Position numbers and translations under genes: made by a program. This document shows, one piece after another, positions 1 through 9,086 of a stretch of DNA of 56,901 nucleotides (positions within the stretch are counted from its first letter, which is position 1; each line of letters opens with the position of its first letter). Below the pieces are notes generated by a model that saw nothing but the letters and a program-made list of their open reading frames with translations, did no database searches and was not told the DNA's origin. The stretch covers positions 1 to 56,901 of the IMG/VR virus record IMGVR_UViG_3300010151_000014; one strand, 5' to 3'. This stretch comes from a virus. Taxonomy: Duplodnaviria > Caudoviricetes.

Positions 1-8
1 ATGTTTCA

Positions 9-1244
9 TTGGGTAAGTTATTAATGACGTATATTGGAATCCCTCTCCAGGAGACAGGGGATTTTAATGAAGTTCAATTTATATTTTATTCATTTAATAG
101 TTTATCTGGGTTTATTCGACACCATAATATAGCACAATTCCCAATTGAAATTGAACAATTCAATTCAAAATATAAAGCAAAATTTGCGCCCATGCTTAGC
201 ACAACCCTAAACGGATTTATGGACTTTATAAATGATGAGTTTATTAGACGTGAATCAGCATCAGCATATGGGTTTGACACCCTCTACGGTGAGCCTGATG
301 ATGATGGCGATATAAAACTAAATTCCACATACAAAGGGAACCCGTCGAAGCTGAAGACGAAGAGGATGGAAATTTTAGAAACGGCGTATCCTGAAGGTTC
401 AGATGCCCAGTTTCGAAAACCAGATTTACAGTTTGCCGTAGAATGTGTTCCTGTAAAAAAACCTGATCCAAATAATCCAGAAAAATATACATTACATATT
501 TCAGAAACAATATTACGTATATTTGTGTATGATAAGGCGGCTACCGGTGTTGAACCACATGCTATGTTGTTGTCATCATTATCACAACACAATTTTAATA
601 TAATACGCCCGGCCGGAGAAGAAGGTAGTACAAAAGATGATAAGTATGGTAACCAAAGTTATACATCACATCATGATGGCCATCTTGCAAAAATATTTAA
701 ATACGCTAGTGAAGAAGGGATTATTGAGAAAAGTACGACTTCTAACACAGGCGCAGATAATGAGAAGGATATAACGTATGTTAAAGTAAAAGGAAAAAGG
801 CTTAAAGAATTTTTACGTAAAATATCACCATCCTGTATTGTAGGTTCAACAGGTAATCCTGTTCGGGTTGCAGGTTTAACAAGCTTGAATGACCCTGCGC
901 TAACATCAATACGTATAAAGGAGGCGACGGAAAAGCCTGGGGTTGTGAATGAAGAAAACAAAGACTTTCCATCTTTTATTCAACCTACCCAACTTAATGT
1001 CGATATGTTTGGCATGCCGTTATTTTCATATGCGTCAAATGTATTTTTTGATTTTAATACTAATACGACAGTAGACAATTATTATATATGTATAGGCGTC
1101 GATCATAAACTTAAACAAGGGAGTTTTGAAACATCAGCCAAATTTATTAATAGTGATGGTTTCGAGAAATTCAGATCGCCACTCGCCGATATTGAGCGCC
1201 AGATCGAAATTGCGAACAAGGTCTCGGAGACAAATGAAAGCTAG
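9..1244 (+). CDS. Probable virion/baseplate-hub-like protein, 5'-truncated by the window edge
   Basis: Frame is open to the window start. C-terminus GMP..FD...DNYY.CIGVDHKL..GSFET resembles the late-control-D/baseplate-hub C-terminal pattern; weak. Confidence 0.4.
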   Translation: MGKLLMTYIGIPLQETGDFNEVQFIFYSFNSLSGFIRHHNIAQFPIEIEQFNSKYKAKFAPMLSTTLNGFMDFINDEFIRRESASAYGFDTLYGEPDDDGDIKLNSTYKGNPSKLKTKRMEILETAYPEGSDAQFRKPDLQFAVECVPVKKPDPNNPEKYTLHISETILRIFVYDKAATGVEPHAMLLSSLSQHNFNIIRPAGEEGSTKDDKYGNQSYTSHHDGHLAKIFKYASEEGIIEKSTTSNTGADNEKDITYVKVKGKRLKEFLRKISPSCIVGSTGNPVRVAGLTSLNDPALTSIRIKEATEKPGVVNEENKDFPSFIQPTQLNVDMFGMPLFSYASNVFFDFNTNTTVDNYYICIGVDHKLKQGSFETSAKFINSDGFEKFRSPLADIERQIEIANKVSETNES

Positions 1245-1289
1245 TTCAGGCAAGATTGAAAATGACATATGCTTTGATTAATATGATAT

Positions 1290-2489
1290 ATGAAGTTTTG
1301 TATTTTAAAATCAATGATTGGGACAAATCATCATTTGTTAATTAATGGCCAGGAATATTCTTGGGTTGATTCGATTGATAACGGAATCCTGTGTCTGGGT
1401 GGCGCCCAATTACCTGAGCAAATAATGTCAATTGATTATATTTCGAAGTTATATAGAAAAAATATCCCAACATTTTCCTCAACACCTCATGCAAAATTTT
1501 TTCATTCAATTGGCATGCATGATGACGAAATTAAGTGGCAAAAGGTATTTAGTCCTGAAAGATACCAAGTATTAATCAAAGATATGGTTAATAACACATG
1601 TCGTGTCATTGAGGCACTTCAAGCATCAGACTATTATGATACCCTTGAAAAAAGGTTGGGCGTTCTTATGTGTCTTAAACCGGCCCGAATTGATAATGAT
1701 GAGATCACAAGAAGCATTAGAAATGAAAGTGATCTCACACAAAGATCTAATCTTAAAACATTCATTGCAAAAAGAGGATATGCAAGAGTACCGGTTTATG
1801 AGAGTACGGTGACATCAACTGGCCGAATGATTATAATCGACGGACCTCAAATATTAACATTACGTAAAAAACACAGACAATTAATTAAATCATCATATGA
1901 TAAAGGTGATATAATTTCAATTGACTATTCAAGCCTAGAGCCGCGAACAGCAATGGCTATAGCTGGTCAAACACCTTCAGGTGATATATACGAATGGATC
2001 GATGGTGAAATATTCGATGGCAAATTAGGCAGAACAAAAGCAAAAACATTAACACTTTCAATTATATATGGGATGTCTTTGCATTCAGCCCAAAGTAAAT
2101 ATGGGAATATAACAGTTGGTACAAAAAAGAGGTTGCGTGATTTATTTTCTGTAGATGAAATAACAAAATCTTTGTTAGAAACGCCAAAAGATGAATTGAG
2201 AAATCTATTTGGTAGACCAATATTCCCAGATGATGAAAGAAAGTTATTTAATTCGTTTATTCAAAGCACCGCGGTTGATGTTGCAATGTTAGGTTTTAAG
2301 CAAATCATAACAGAGCTTAAAAAGAATATAGAATGTAAACCTTTATTTTTGATTCATGACGAAATCATATTTGATGTACCAAATTTGGCGTTTAACAAGG
2401 TTGGCAAAATACTTAAATATGGTATTGACATTAAAATAAAAAATGATATTGTCAATTTTCCTGTGACAGTGGAGAAACTAAATGCCTAA
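1290..2489 (+). CDS. polA: Minimal family A DNA polymerase (polymerase domain only)
   Basis: TGR motif, motif A DYSSLEPR, motif B RTKAKTLTLSIIYG, IQSTAVD, motif C LIHDEII. Only 399 aa, no recognisable exonuclease motifs. Confidence 0.85.
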   Translation: MKFCILKSMIGTNHHLLINGQEYSWVDSIDNGILCLGGAQLPEQIMSIDYISKLYRKNIPTFSSTPHAKFFHSIGMHDDEIKWQKVFSPERYQVLIKDMVNNTCRVIEALQASDYYDTLEKRLGVLMCLKPARIDNDEITRSIRNESDLTQRSNLKTFIAKRGYARVPVYESTVTSTGRMIIIDGPQILTLRKKHRQLIKSSYDKGDIISIDYSSLEPRTAMAIAGQTPSGDIYEWIDGEIFDGKLGRTKAKTLTLSIIYGMSLHSAQSKYGNITVGTKKRLRDLFSVDEITKSLLETPKDELRNLFGRPIFPDDERKLFNSFIQSTAVDVAMLGFKQIITELKKNIECKPLFLIHDEIIFDVPNLAFNKVGKILKYGIDIKIKNDIVNFPVTVEKLNA

Positions 2490-3024
2490 TGATGCTATAT
2501 ACGACATGTTATTTGAAGAGCCTATCGAAGATGTTATATGCAAAATGTTATTCGAAGATAATAGTCATATCGAGAATGATCATTCTCGGTTAACCTCAAA
2601 TAAAGTTACAACTAGTTATTTAGGTCGCACTAATATACTCAGCGTAGGGAGTAAGAAAAAGTTACATCTTCTTACTCCAGAAGAAAATCTTATAAATTTA
2701 GGTATTTCAAATAATAAAATAGATGGTACATTAATTGAACAAATTCAAAAATTGTTAGCAAAAGCACAACAAAATAAAATTTTTGGTACCATATTTAGCA
2801 ATACTTCTAAACAAATTGATAAATTAGGTAGGGAAGGTTTATTAATGGGTATTAATGATAATGAGGTTCCCCGCCGCCACGCTGCCCATTATTTACGTTT
2901 ACTGTTGATTAATTCGTTTATTTTAGGTGTGTTACATGATAAGACTGATGTTCGAATACAAGGTATTAATACCGGTTTATTAATATACCCATCGAAAAAT
3001 GGTAAGTCTCGTTGGGAATTTTGA
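2482..3024 (+). CDS. Hypothetical protein
   Basis: 180-aa ORF overlapping the polA stop; GGAG upstream. Confidence 0.7.
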   Translation: MPNDAIYDMLFEEPIEDVICKMLFEDNSHIENDHSRLTSNKVTTSYLGRTNILSVGSKKKLHLLTPEENLINLGISNNKIDGTLIEQIQKLLAKAQQNKIFGTIFSNTSKQIDKLGREGLLMGINDNEVPRRHAAHYLRLLLINSFILGVLHDKTDVRIQGINTGLLIYPSKNGKSRWEF

Positions 3025-3040
3025 TATTTAATATTCAAGT

Positions 3041-3069
3041 TTGTACAAAATCACTTAAGTTATTATGAT
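3041..3069 (+). promoter_or_regulatory. Putative sigma70-type promoter TTGTAC-17-TATGAT
   Basis: Intergenic, 17-nt spacer, followed by GAGG SD and ATG at 3093. Confidence 0.55.
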
Positions 3070-3092
3070 TAAACTAAGTGAGGTAAGCTACA

Positions 3093-3671
3093 ATGGATAT
3101 TAAGGATTTATGGGAACAGTATTATTTTCTTTTGATACGAACTTTTGATGTTAGTGAACAAAATGTTGTTAAATGTATGCTCGATGAGCTAGGTGAACGT
3201 ATGATTATGACGCCGGCAAATATGACAACAAAAAAGATTGGGTGTGAACCTGGCGGTATGCTTAAGGTATCACTTCAAGTTGCATCACAGGCAATAAAAC
3301 TACTTGAGGCGTATGGGCTAGATCCTAGTATGAAGCGAAATCTCATTAAGGTTGCATTACTTTATGATCTTGGGAAGGTAGGTGATCTACAATACGATCA
3401 TTTTATTGTGCAGGATAGTGATTGGCATCGAGAAAAATTAAATGCTCATTATAAAATTTCTAATGACCCAGATTTGCAAAAAATGGCTATAGCACATCGA
3501 ACATTATATTTGCTACAGCATTTTGGAATAGCACTTACTCAAGATGAGTGGTTGGCGATTCAGTTGGCTTCAGGGTTTCATTTTGAAGAAAATCGTTGGT
3601 ATGTATACAATGAACCAACATTAGCCAGGATTATCCAACATGCCATATATATGGTAATAAGAAATGGTTAA
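3093..3671 (+). CDS. HD-domain (YhaM-like) protein with degenerate metal ligands
   Basis: PA...GGML...LLYDLGK...EWLAI scaffold of YhaM-type HD proteins, but HD is YD and other His ligands are missing. Confidence 0.65.
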   Translation: MDIKDLWEQYYFLLIRTFDVSEQNVVKCMLDELGERMIMTPANMTTKKIGCEPGGMLKVSLQVASQAIKLLEAYGLDPSMKRNLIKVALLYDLGKVGDLQYDHFIVQDSDWHREKLNAHYKISNDPDLQKMAIAHRTLYLLQHFGIALTQDEWLAIQLASGFHFEENRWYVYNEPTLARIIQHAIYMVIRNG

Positions 3672-3713
3672 TGACTCATAAAAGCCTATATATTAACAAG
3701 GTTAACTGAACAA

Positions 3714-3932
3714 ATGAAATCCCACTTTACACTTCGCCAATTTATTACCCAAATATTAGGTGAGCAAAATATTAATGATGAAGATATTATTGATGAAGAT
3801 GAAGATATTATTGATGAAGATGAAGAGCATGATGATGATCAACAACACGAAATAAGTGTTACGGCAGGTGTTGCCGGCGTGTCATTACCATTGGGATATC
3901 AGCGTAAAGTATACCCAAAAACTAAAAACTAA
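3714..3932 (+). CDS. Small acidic protein with N-terminal LRQFITQILGE tag
   Basis: 72-aa ORF with a D/E-rich repeat; TATATATTAA element upstream. Confidence 0.7.
   Translation: MKSHFTLRQFITQILGEQNINDEDIIDEDEDIIDEDEEHDDDQQHEISVTAGVAGVSLPLGYQRKVYPKTKN
3777..3826 (+). repeat. 21-nt tandem repeat (gatgaagatattattgatgaa, about 2.4 copies)
   Basis: Read directly; encodes DEDIIDE twice. Confidence 0.9.
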
Positions 3933-3936
3933 ATAT

Positions 3937-3965
3937 TTAAACATTTAATGAAGTTAGATTATACT
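3937..3965 (+). promoter_or_regulatory. Putative promoter TTAAAC-17-TATACT upstream of SSB
   Basis: Intergenic; same -35 and spacing as the copy at 46249. Confidence 0.55.
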
Positions 3966-4028
3966 AATTTAGGTGAATAATCACCTTGATACATTTAATT
4001 AATAATTAGTAATTAAGGATTTATAAAA

Positions 4029-4793
4029 ATGGCAATTGATTTTGATGCGATTAGGAAGAAGCTTAGTCAACTAAGCGGAAATGGAAGCAGACGTGATAAG
4101 ATGTGGCGCCCCGAAGAAGGGGAGACTTCATCAATTCGGATTATTTCATTCCCAGACAATGATGGCCAACCTTTTAAGGAGCGTTGGTTCTACTATAATA
4201 TTGGTGATAATCCAGGCTTTTTGACCCCTCATCAATTTGGTGATCCGGATCCAATCCAAGAGCTAATCAATAAGTTGCGCGCTGACAATAAAAAGGAATC
4301 ATATGAGCTGGCAAAGAAGTTATACCCTAAGATGCGTAGTTACGCTGCTGTAATTGTGCGTGGGGAAGAGGATAAAGGTGTAAGACTTTGGTCCTTTGGG
4401 AAGATGGTTTATCAAGACCTGCTTAAGACCATGATTGATGAAGATTATGGCGATATTACAGATCCTCTAGAGGGTCGGGACATTCGTGTTGAGTGTTCAA
4501 AACAACCTGGTAAGAAGTGGGCAATGACGACTGTGCGCCCACGTCCTAAGTCAAGCCCACTTTCGACTGATTCAAAGCAGGCTAAAATGTGGATGGATAA
4601 CATTCCAAACCTAGATGACCTATACAGTTGTAAGTCATATGATGAGCTGGAGCGAATTATTAATAATTGGCTAAATGATCCTATGGATGAAGATGGCAAT
4701 TCATATGATAGTGGTGAAAAAAATAGCTCTGTACCTCCCTCAAAGAAGTTTAATGATCTAAATGATGCATTTAAGGATCTAGCAAACTTCTAG
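4029..4793 (+). CDS. T4 gp32-like single-stranded DNA-binding protein
   Basis: W.P...IRI...PF, DPI, GV.LW.FGK, DITDP.EGRD, acidic C-terminal tail ending in F; located upstream of recA. Confidence 0.85.
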   Translation: MAIDFDAIRKKLSQLSGNGSRRDKMWRPEEGETSSIRIISFPDNDGQPFKERWFYYNIGDNPGFLTPHQFGDPDPIQELINKLRADNKKESYELAKKLYPKMRSYAAVIVRGEEDKGVRLWSFGKMVYQDLLKTMIDEDYGDITDPLEGRDIRVECSKQPGKKWAMTTVRPRPKSSPLSTDSKQAKMWMDNIPNLDDLYSCKSYDELERIINNWLNDPMDEDGNSYDSGEKNSSVPPSKKFNDLNDAFKDLANF

Positions 4794-4855
4794 TATACGT
4801 ACAAAAAGCTGAAAGCCGTTTAGTATATGTTGTTGGCAACTAGTTCTATGGGCTT

Positions 4856-4889
4856 TGGGAGATGGGGGCGCCCCCATCTCCCATTTTTT
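4856..4889 (+). terminator. Rho-independent terminator
   Basis: Perfect 28-bp palindrome tgggagatgggggcgcccccatctccca followed by a T run. Confidence 0.85.
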
Positions 4890-5009
4890 GTTTTAGAGAT
4901 AATCATTAATGTATGGTTCAAAGAGGCGGATTTAAATTTGAGGTGGTAACCAATAAAGTTTTTGAACATATGCTTAAAATAAATAATATTTGAACATAAA
5001 GGATAATCA

Positions 5010-6647
5010 ATGCCAAAAAAGAAAAAGAAGACAGATGATAAGCCAGCCAAGATAGTCGATTTTACCGGTGACTTAATCACTGCACTTAATAAGGAATGTG
5101 GGCAAAGGGTTGCCTACAATTTATCAACAACACAAAGCCCTACTCATATTAAGCGATGGATTGGGACAGGTTCACAACAGCTTGACGCGATTATTTCTAA
5201 TCGCCTAAACGGGGGCTTACCAGAAGGAAGGATTATTGAAATATTTGGCCCACCCTCAATTGGAAAATCGCATATTGCGACCCAGATTTCAGCAAAAACC
5301 CAACAGATGGGCGGGATTGTCGTATATATTGACACAGAAAATGCGACTAGCGTAGAAAATCTTCGATTGTTGGGCGTCGATGTAACAACACGTTTTGTAT
5401 ATGTTGATGAACACTGCACAGAAAATGTTTTTGCAATTGCACATGCAACAATTCTTAAAGCGAAAGCAATGGATAAAGATGTTCCCATTACGATTATATG
5501 GGATTCTGTTGCAGCAACATCGCCAAAAGCAGAGCTTGATGGCGATTATGATAAAAACAATATTGCATTAAATGCACGGGCAATTTCAAAGGGGATGAGA
5601 AAGATTACAGGGATTATTGGCCAAACAAACACACTCTTTGTTTGTCTTAATCAAACGAGAATTAATATCGGGGTAATGTATGGTGACCCTACATGCGTAG
5701 ACCCATATACAACAAGGTTTAAGATTCGCTATGATGAAAATTCACTCTTTGCAGAACGATATCGTGAATATTTCAAAAACCCTCGAGGTGATATTGATTA
5801 TGAAACTGATCTAACATTTCAGACATATGCAAATATTCTTGGAATTGACGACTTTGAGACACCATGTGAGTATGATCTTACAGATGTTGGGACTATGGTC
5901 GAGACGCCTACTGGGTTTAAACCAATGACTAATTTTGTGGTTAAATCATCTGTTGATACATCGTATATTTTAGGTAAATTGAGCGCGACATCAGTCCATA
6001 GAACATTAGTTAACAAACAATGGGTTAGGCTAAAAGATAATGTCAATGCCGAAAAGATTAATAAATCAATTAACGTTGTTGATATCTCTGTTCCAGATGG
6101 GAACGCCTATATAGCAAATGGTCATATTAATCACAACACAGTTCCTGGAGGTAAGTCAATCCCGTATCATGCGTCTGTTCGCATTAAACTTGGCGCAGGA
6201 AAACCAATTGAAAATAAAAAGAAAGAAATAATTGGTATTAATGTAACGGCAAAAACAATTAAAAATAAGGTTGCGCCACCATTTAGGACTGTAAAGTTTC
6301 AAATACATTTTGGAAAAGGCATTGTTGAACATGAGGAAGTGTTTGATGAACTAAGAAAGGCAGATCCTGTTTTCTTAAATAATGAAAAAATTGACATATT
6401 AGGTGCTGGTACTTGGAAAAAGTTCGTTATAACAAATACAAAAACAGGTGATATAGTTCATGAAAAAAGTTTTTATAAATCAGATTTTAAACAAATTTTA
6501 TATAACCCAAATTATAAACATTATATCGACGCATTAATGGAAAATACATATATTAGAAAAGCGCAAATCAACGTTGACACTGAGTCATATGAAGAGATTC
6601 GCTCAATCGCGATGAGTTTAGACGACGATTTTACACCACCAGAATAA
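5010..6647 (+). CDS. recA: RecA/UvsX recombinase interrupted by an intein
   Basis: Walker A GPPSIGKS, YIDTE, IIWDSVAA, NQTR, KNKVAPPF; 148-aa insert in the L2 loop. Confidence 0.95.
   Translation: MPKKKKKTDDKPAKIVDFTGDLITALNKECGQRVAYNLSTTQSPTHIKRWIGTGSQQLDAIISNRLNGGLPEGRIIEIFGPPSIGKSHIATQISAKTQQMGGIVVYIDTENATSVENLRLLGVDVTTRFVYVDEHCTENVFAIAHATILKAKAMDKDVPITIIWDSVAATSPKAELDGDYDKNNIALNARAISKGMRKITGIIGQTNTLFVCLNQTRINIGVMYGDPTCVDPYTTRFKIRYDENSLFAERYREYFKNPRGDIDYETDLTFQTYANILGIDDFETPCEYDLTDVGTMVETPTGFKPMTNFVVKSSVDTSYILGKLSATSVHRTLVNKQWVRLKDNVNAEKINKSINVVDISVPDGNAYIANGHINHNTVPGGKSIPYHASVRIKLGAGKPIENKKKEIIGINVTAKTIKNKVAPPFRTVKFQIHFGKGIVEHEEVFDELRKADPVFLNNEKIDILGAGTWKKFVITNTKTGDIVHEKSFYKSDFKQILYNPNYKHYIDALMENTYIRKAQINVDTESYEEIRSIAMSLDDDFTPPE
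5694..6137 (+). mobile_element. Mini-intein (148 aa, no homing endonuclease)
   Basis: Starts with Cys (CVDPYT), block B TSVH, ends HN followed by Thr+1. Removing it restores MYGDPT-TVPGG (RecA FGNPETTTGG). Confidence 0.9.
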
Positions 6648-6694
6648 TATAATAAAGGAAAATTATGAAACAAACGAATAAGGGGGCATCCATC

Positions 6695-7681
6695 ATGAGC
6701 AATATATTACTCATTGATGGACTATGACTTAGCGTTTTCATGAGACATTATAAAGCAAACCCAACAATATCATCCAATGGTGTACATGCTGGTGGTGTGG
6801 TGGGGTTCTTTAAAGAAATAGAGGGTTTATGTCAACGCCTAGGCCCACAAAGGGTTCATATTATTTGGGAAGGAGGTAAAAATCACCATCGTGAAACAAT
6901 ATTCAAAGATTATAAAAGGACACAAAAATCACAAAACTATAATCGATTTTATGATGATATACCGGACACATCGGAAAACCGAATAGAGCAAATTGCATTT
7001 TTAATTAAGTGTTTTAAAACCCTTCCTATATATCAACATTTCGTTGAGGGATGTGAAGCAATTGATATTATCGAATATATTTCACGACATATATATGAGT
7101 ATGCGAATATTGTAGTTGCGTCAAGTAATAAAGGACTTTATCAATTAATCAATGATCGTACAATTATTTGGTCACCAGGACAAAAAAAAGAAATAACAAC
7201 CAATATTGTTTTGGGGAAAATATGTATACACCCAAATAATATTGCAATTGCTCGAGCTTGTGTTGGTGATAAAAATGATAATATTGAAGGTATTAAGGGT
7301 GTTGGTTTTAAAACGCTAGCCAAACGTTTACCATTTCTAAAAGGATCTAACGTTTTTAGTATTGATGATATTATCAAGGAATGCAAAAAACAACAAGCTA
7401 TATCAACAGTAAAAATGTATAATGATATCTTGCAAAATATTGATTTAATTAAACGTAATTATGAATTAATGAAATTAGACATAACAAATCTAACAACCCC
7501 GCAAATTAAGCAAATTAAAGAAAGCGTTATAAACGCAGTAGACAAACAATATAATAAATTAGCATTCTTAAGGAATCTTTATAAGTTTGGGTTAAAAAAC
7601 TACGATCCTAATTTACTGTTTTTGACAATGAACATTTTAAACAATAATAACACGGTGATTAATGAATATGGCGAATGTTGA
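6695..7681 (+). pseudogene. Decayed 5'-3' exonuclease (T4 RNase H / PolA N-terminal domain family)
   Basis: MSNILLIDGL at 6695 is in frame with the ORF at 6740 but separated by TGA at 6725-6727. Catalytic motifs are altered (EAIDII, SSNKG, GDKNDN); HhH GIKGVG is retained. Confidence 0.75.
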
Positions 7682-9086
7682 GACAGTAGATTTTAATGAA
7701 TATGCATCTTGTTTTGCACACTATGGTAAAAATTTTCAAGAAAAGATTCTTCAAGGCCTATTAATGGATCGCCCATGGGCAACACAAATGTTTGAGGTGA
7801 TGCTACCAGAGTTTTTTGAAGTAAATTATTTACAATATTTGACGCGTTTATATTTCAAGTACTATAGAAAATATAAGGCATTCCCAACTGCCCAGTTGTT
7901 GGTCACAATTATTAAGGAGGATTTATCGGAAGGTGATGATATTATATTACGTGATCAGATTGTAGAGTTTTTGTACCGTATGAAAACAAACCCTTATCCA
8001 GGTGATATTGGGTATGTTAAAGATAAAACACTCGACTTTTGTAAACGTCAAGCCTTTAAAGGCGCTCTTCATAAAGCCGTAGAATTAATCCAAACAGATA
8101 AATTTGGGAGTGTTATAACGTTAATGAAAGAGGCTGTAGCAATAGGCATGCCTCATTCAGCCGGGCATGATTTCTTTGAGGATATTGAGGCACGATTTAT
8201 AGAGGATCACCGAAAACCCGTGCCAACAGGCTTAAAAAAGCTAGATTCAAAAGATATTTTGGATGGTGGTTTAGGGCGAGGTGAGTTAGGCGTTGTTGTT
8301 GCCCCCACCGGAGTAGGAAAATCACACTTTTTAGTGGCCATTGGAGCAAGCGCCATTAATGTGGGAAAGAATGTGTTGCATTATACCTTCGAATTATCCG
8401 AGACGGCTGTTGGTCGACGTTATGATTCGAATTTGACAAAGATTGATATCAATGAACTTATGACGTCAAAACAAGAAGTTCTAGATTGTTATGAGAATGA
8501 AGAACATGGTAGACTTATTATTAAAGAATATCCTACTGGTTATGCATCTGTGCTAACAATTCGAAATCATATTGAAAAATTGTCACTTAAAGGGTTTAAA
8601 CCAAATTTGCTTGTAATTGATTATGCAGATATTATGAGATCATCAAAATCATATGATTCATTACGACATGAGCTTAAGTTGGTTTATGAGGAATTACGTA
8701 ATCTCGCAATGGAGATGGACATTCCTATATGGACGGCATCACAAGCGAATCGAGATGCATCAAACTCTGATATTGTGGGGCTGGAGAATATGTCAGAGGC
8801 ATACGGCAAAGCCATGGTTTCCGATGTTGTAATATCATTATCACGTAAAGCAGAGGAGAAAGCTGCTGGTCATGGGAGACTTTTTGTTGCAAAAAATCGA
8901 GCGGGCCGGGATGGTATTTTATTCCCTATGATGATTAACACTGCGCAATCTCGAATTACATTAATAGATGAGTCTGAATTAACGTTAAATGAAGCGATTG
9001 ATCAAGACAATAATATTGCGAAGGACTTACTTCGAAAGAAATGGAATGAAGTATCAAAGTCACTAGCCAAGCAAAGGGATAATTAA
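7662..9086 (+). CDS. Replicative DnaB/gp41-like helicase
   Basis: Walker A APTGVGKS, TFELSE, IDYAD, TASQANR, KNR. Confidence 0.92.
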   Translation: MNMANVETVDFNEYASCFAHYGKNFQEKILQGLLMDRPWATQMFEVMLPEFFEVNYLQYLTRLYFKYYRKYKAFPTAQLLVTIIKEDLSEGDDIILRDQIVEFLYRMKTNPYPGDIGYVKDKTLDFCKRQAFKGALHKAVELIQTDKFGSVITLMKEAVAIGMPHSAGHDFFEDIEARFIEDHRKPVPTGLKKLDSKDILDGGLGRGELGVVVAPTGVGKSHFLVAIGASAINVGKNVLHYTFELSETAVGRRYDSNLTKIDINELMTSKQEVLDCYENEEHGRLIIKEYPTGYASVLTIRNHIEKLSLKGFKPNLLVIDYADIMRSSKSYDSLRHELKLVYEELRNLAMEMDIPIWTASQANRDASNSDIVGLENMSEAYGKAMVSDVVISLSRKAEEKAAGHGRLFVAKNRAGRDGILFPMMINTAQSRITLIDESELTLNEAIDQDNNIAKDLLRKKWNEVSKSLAKQRDN

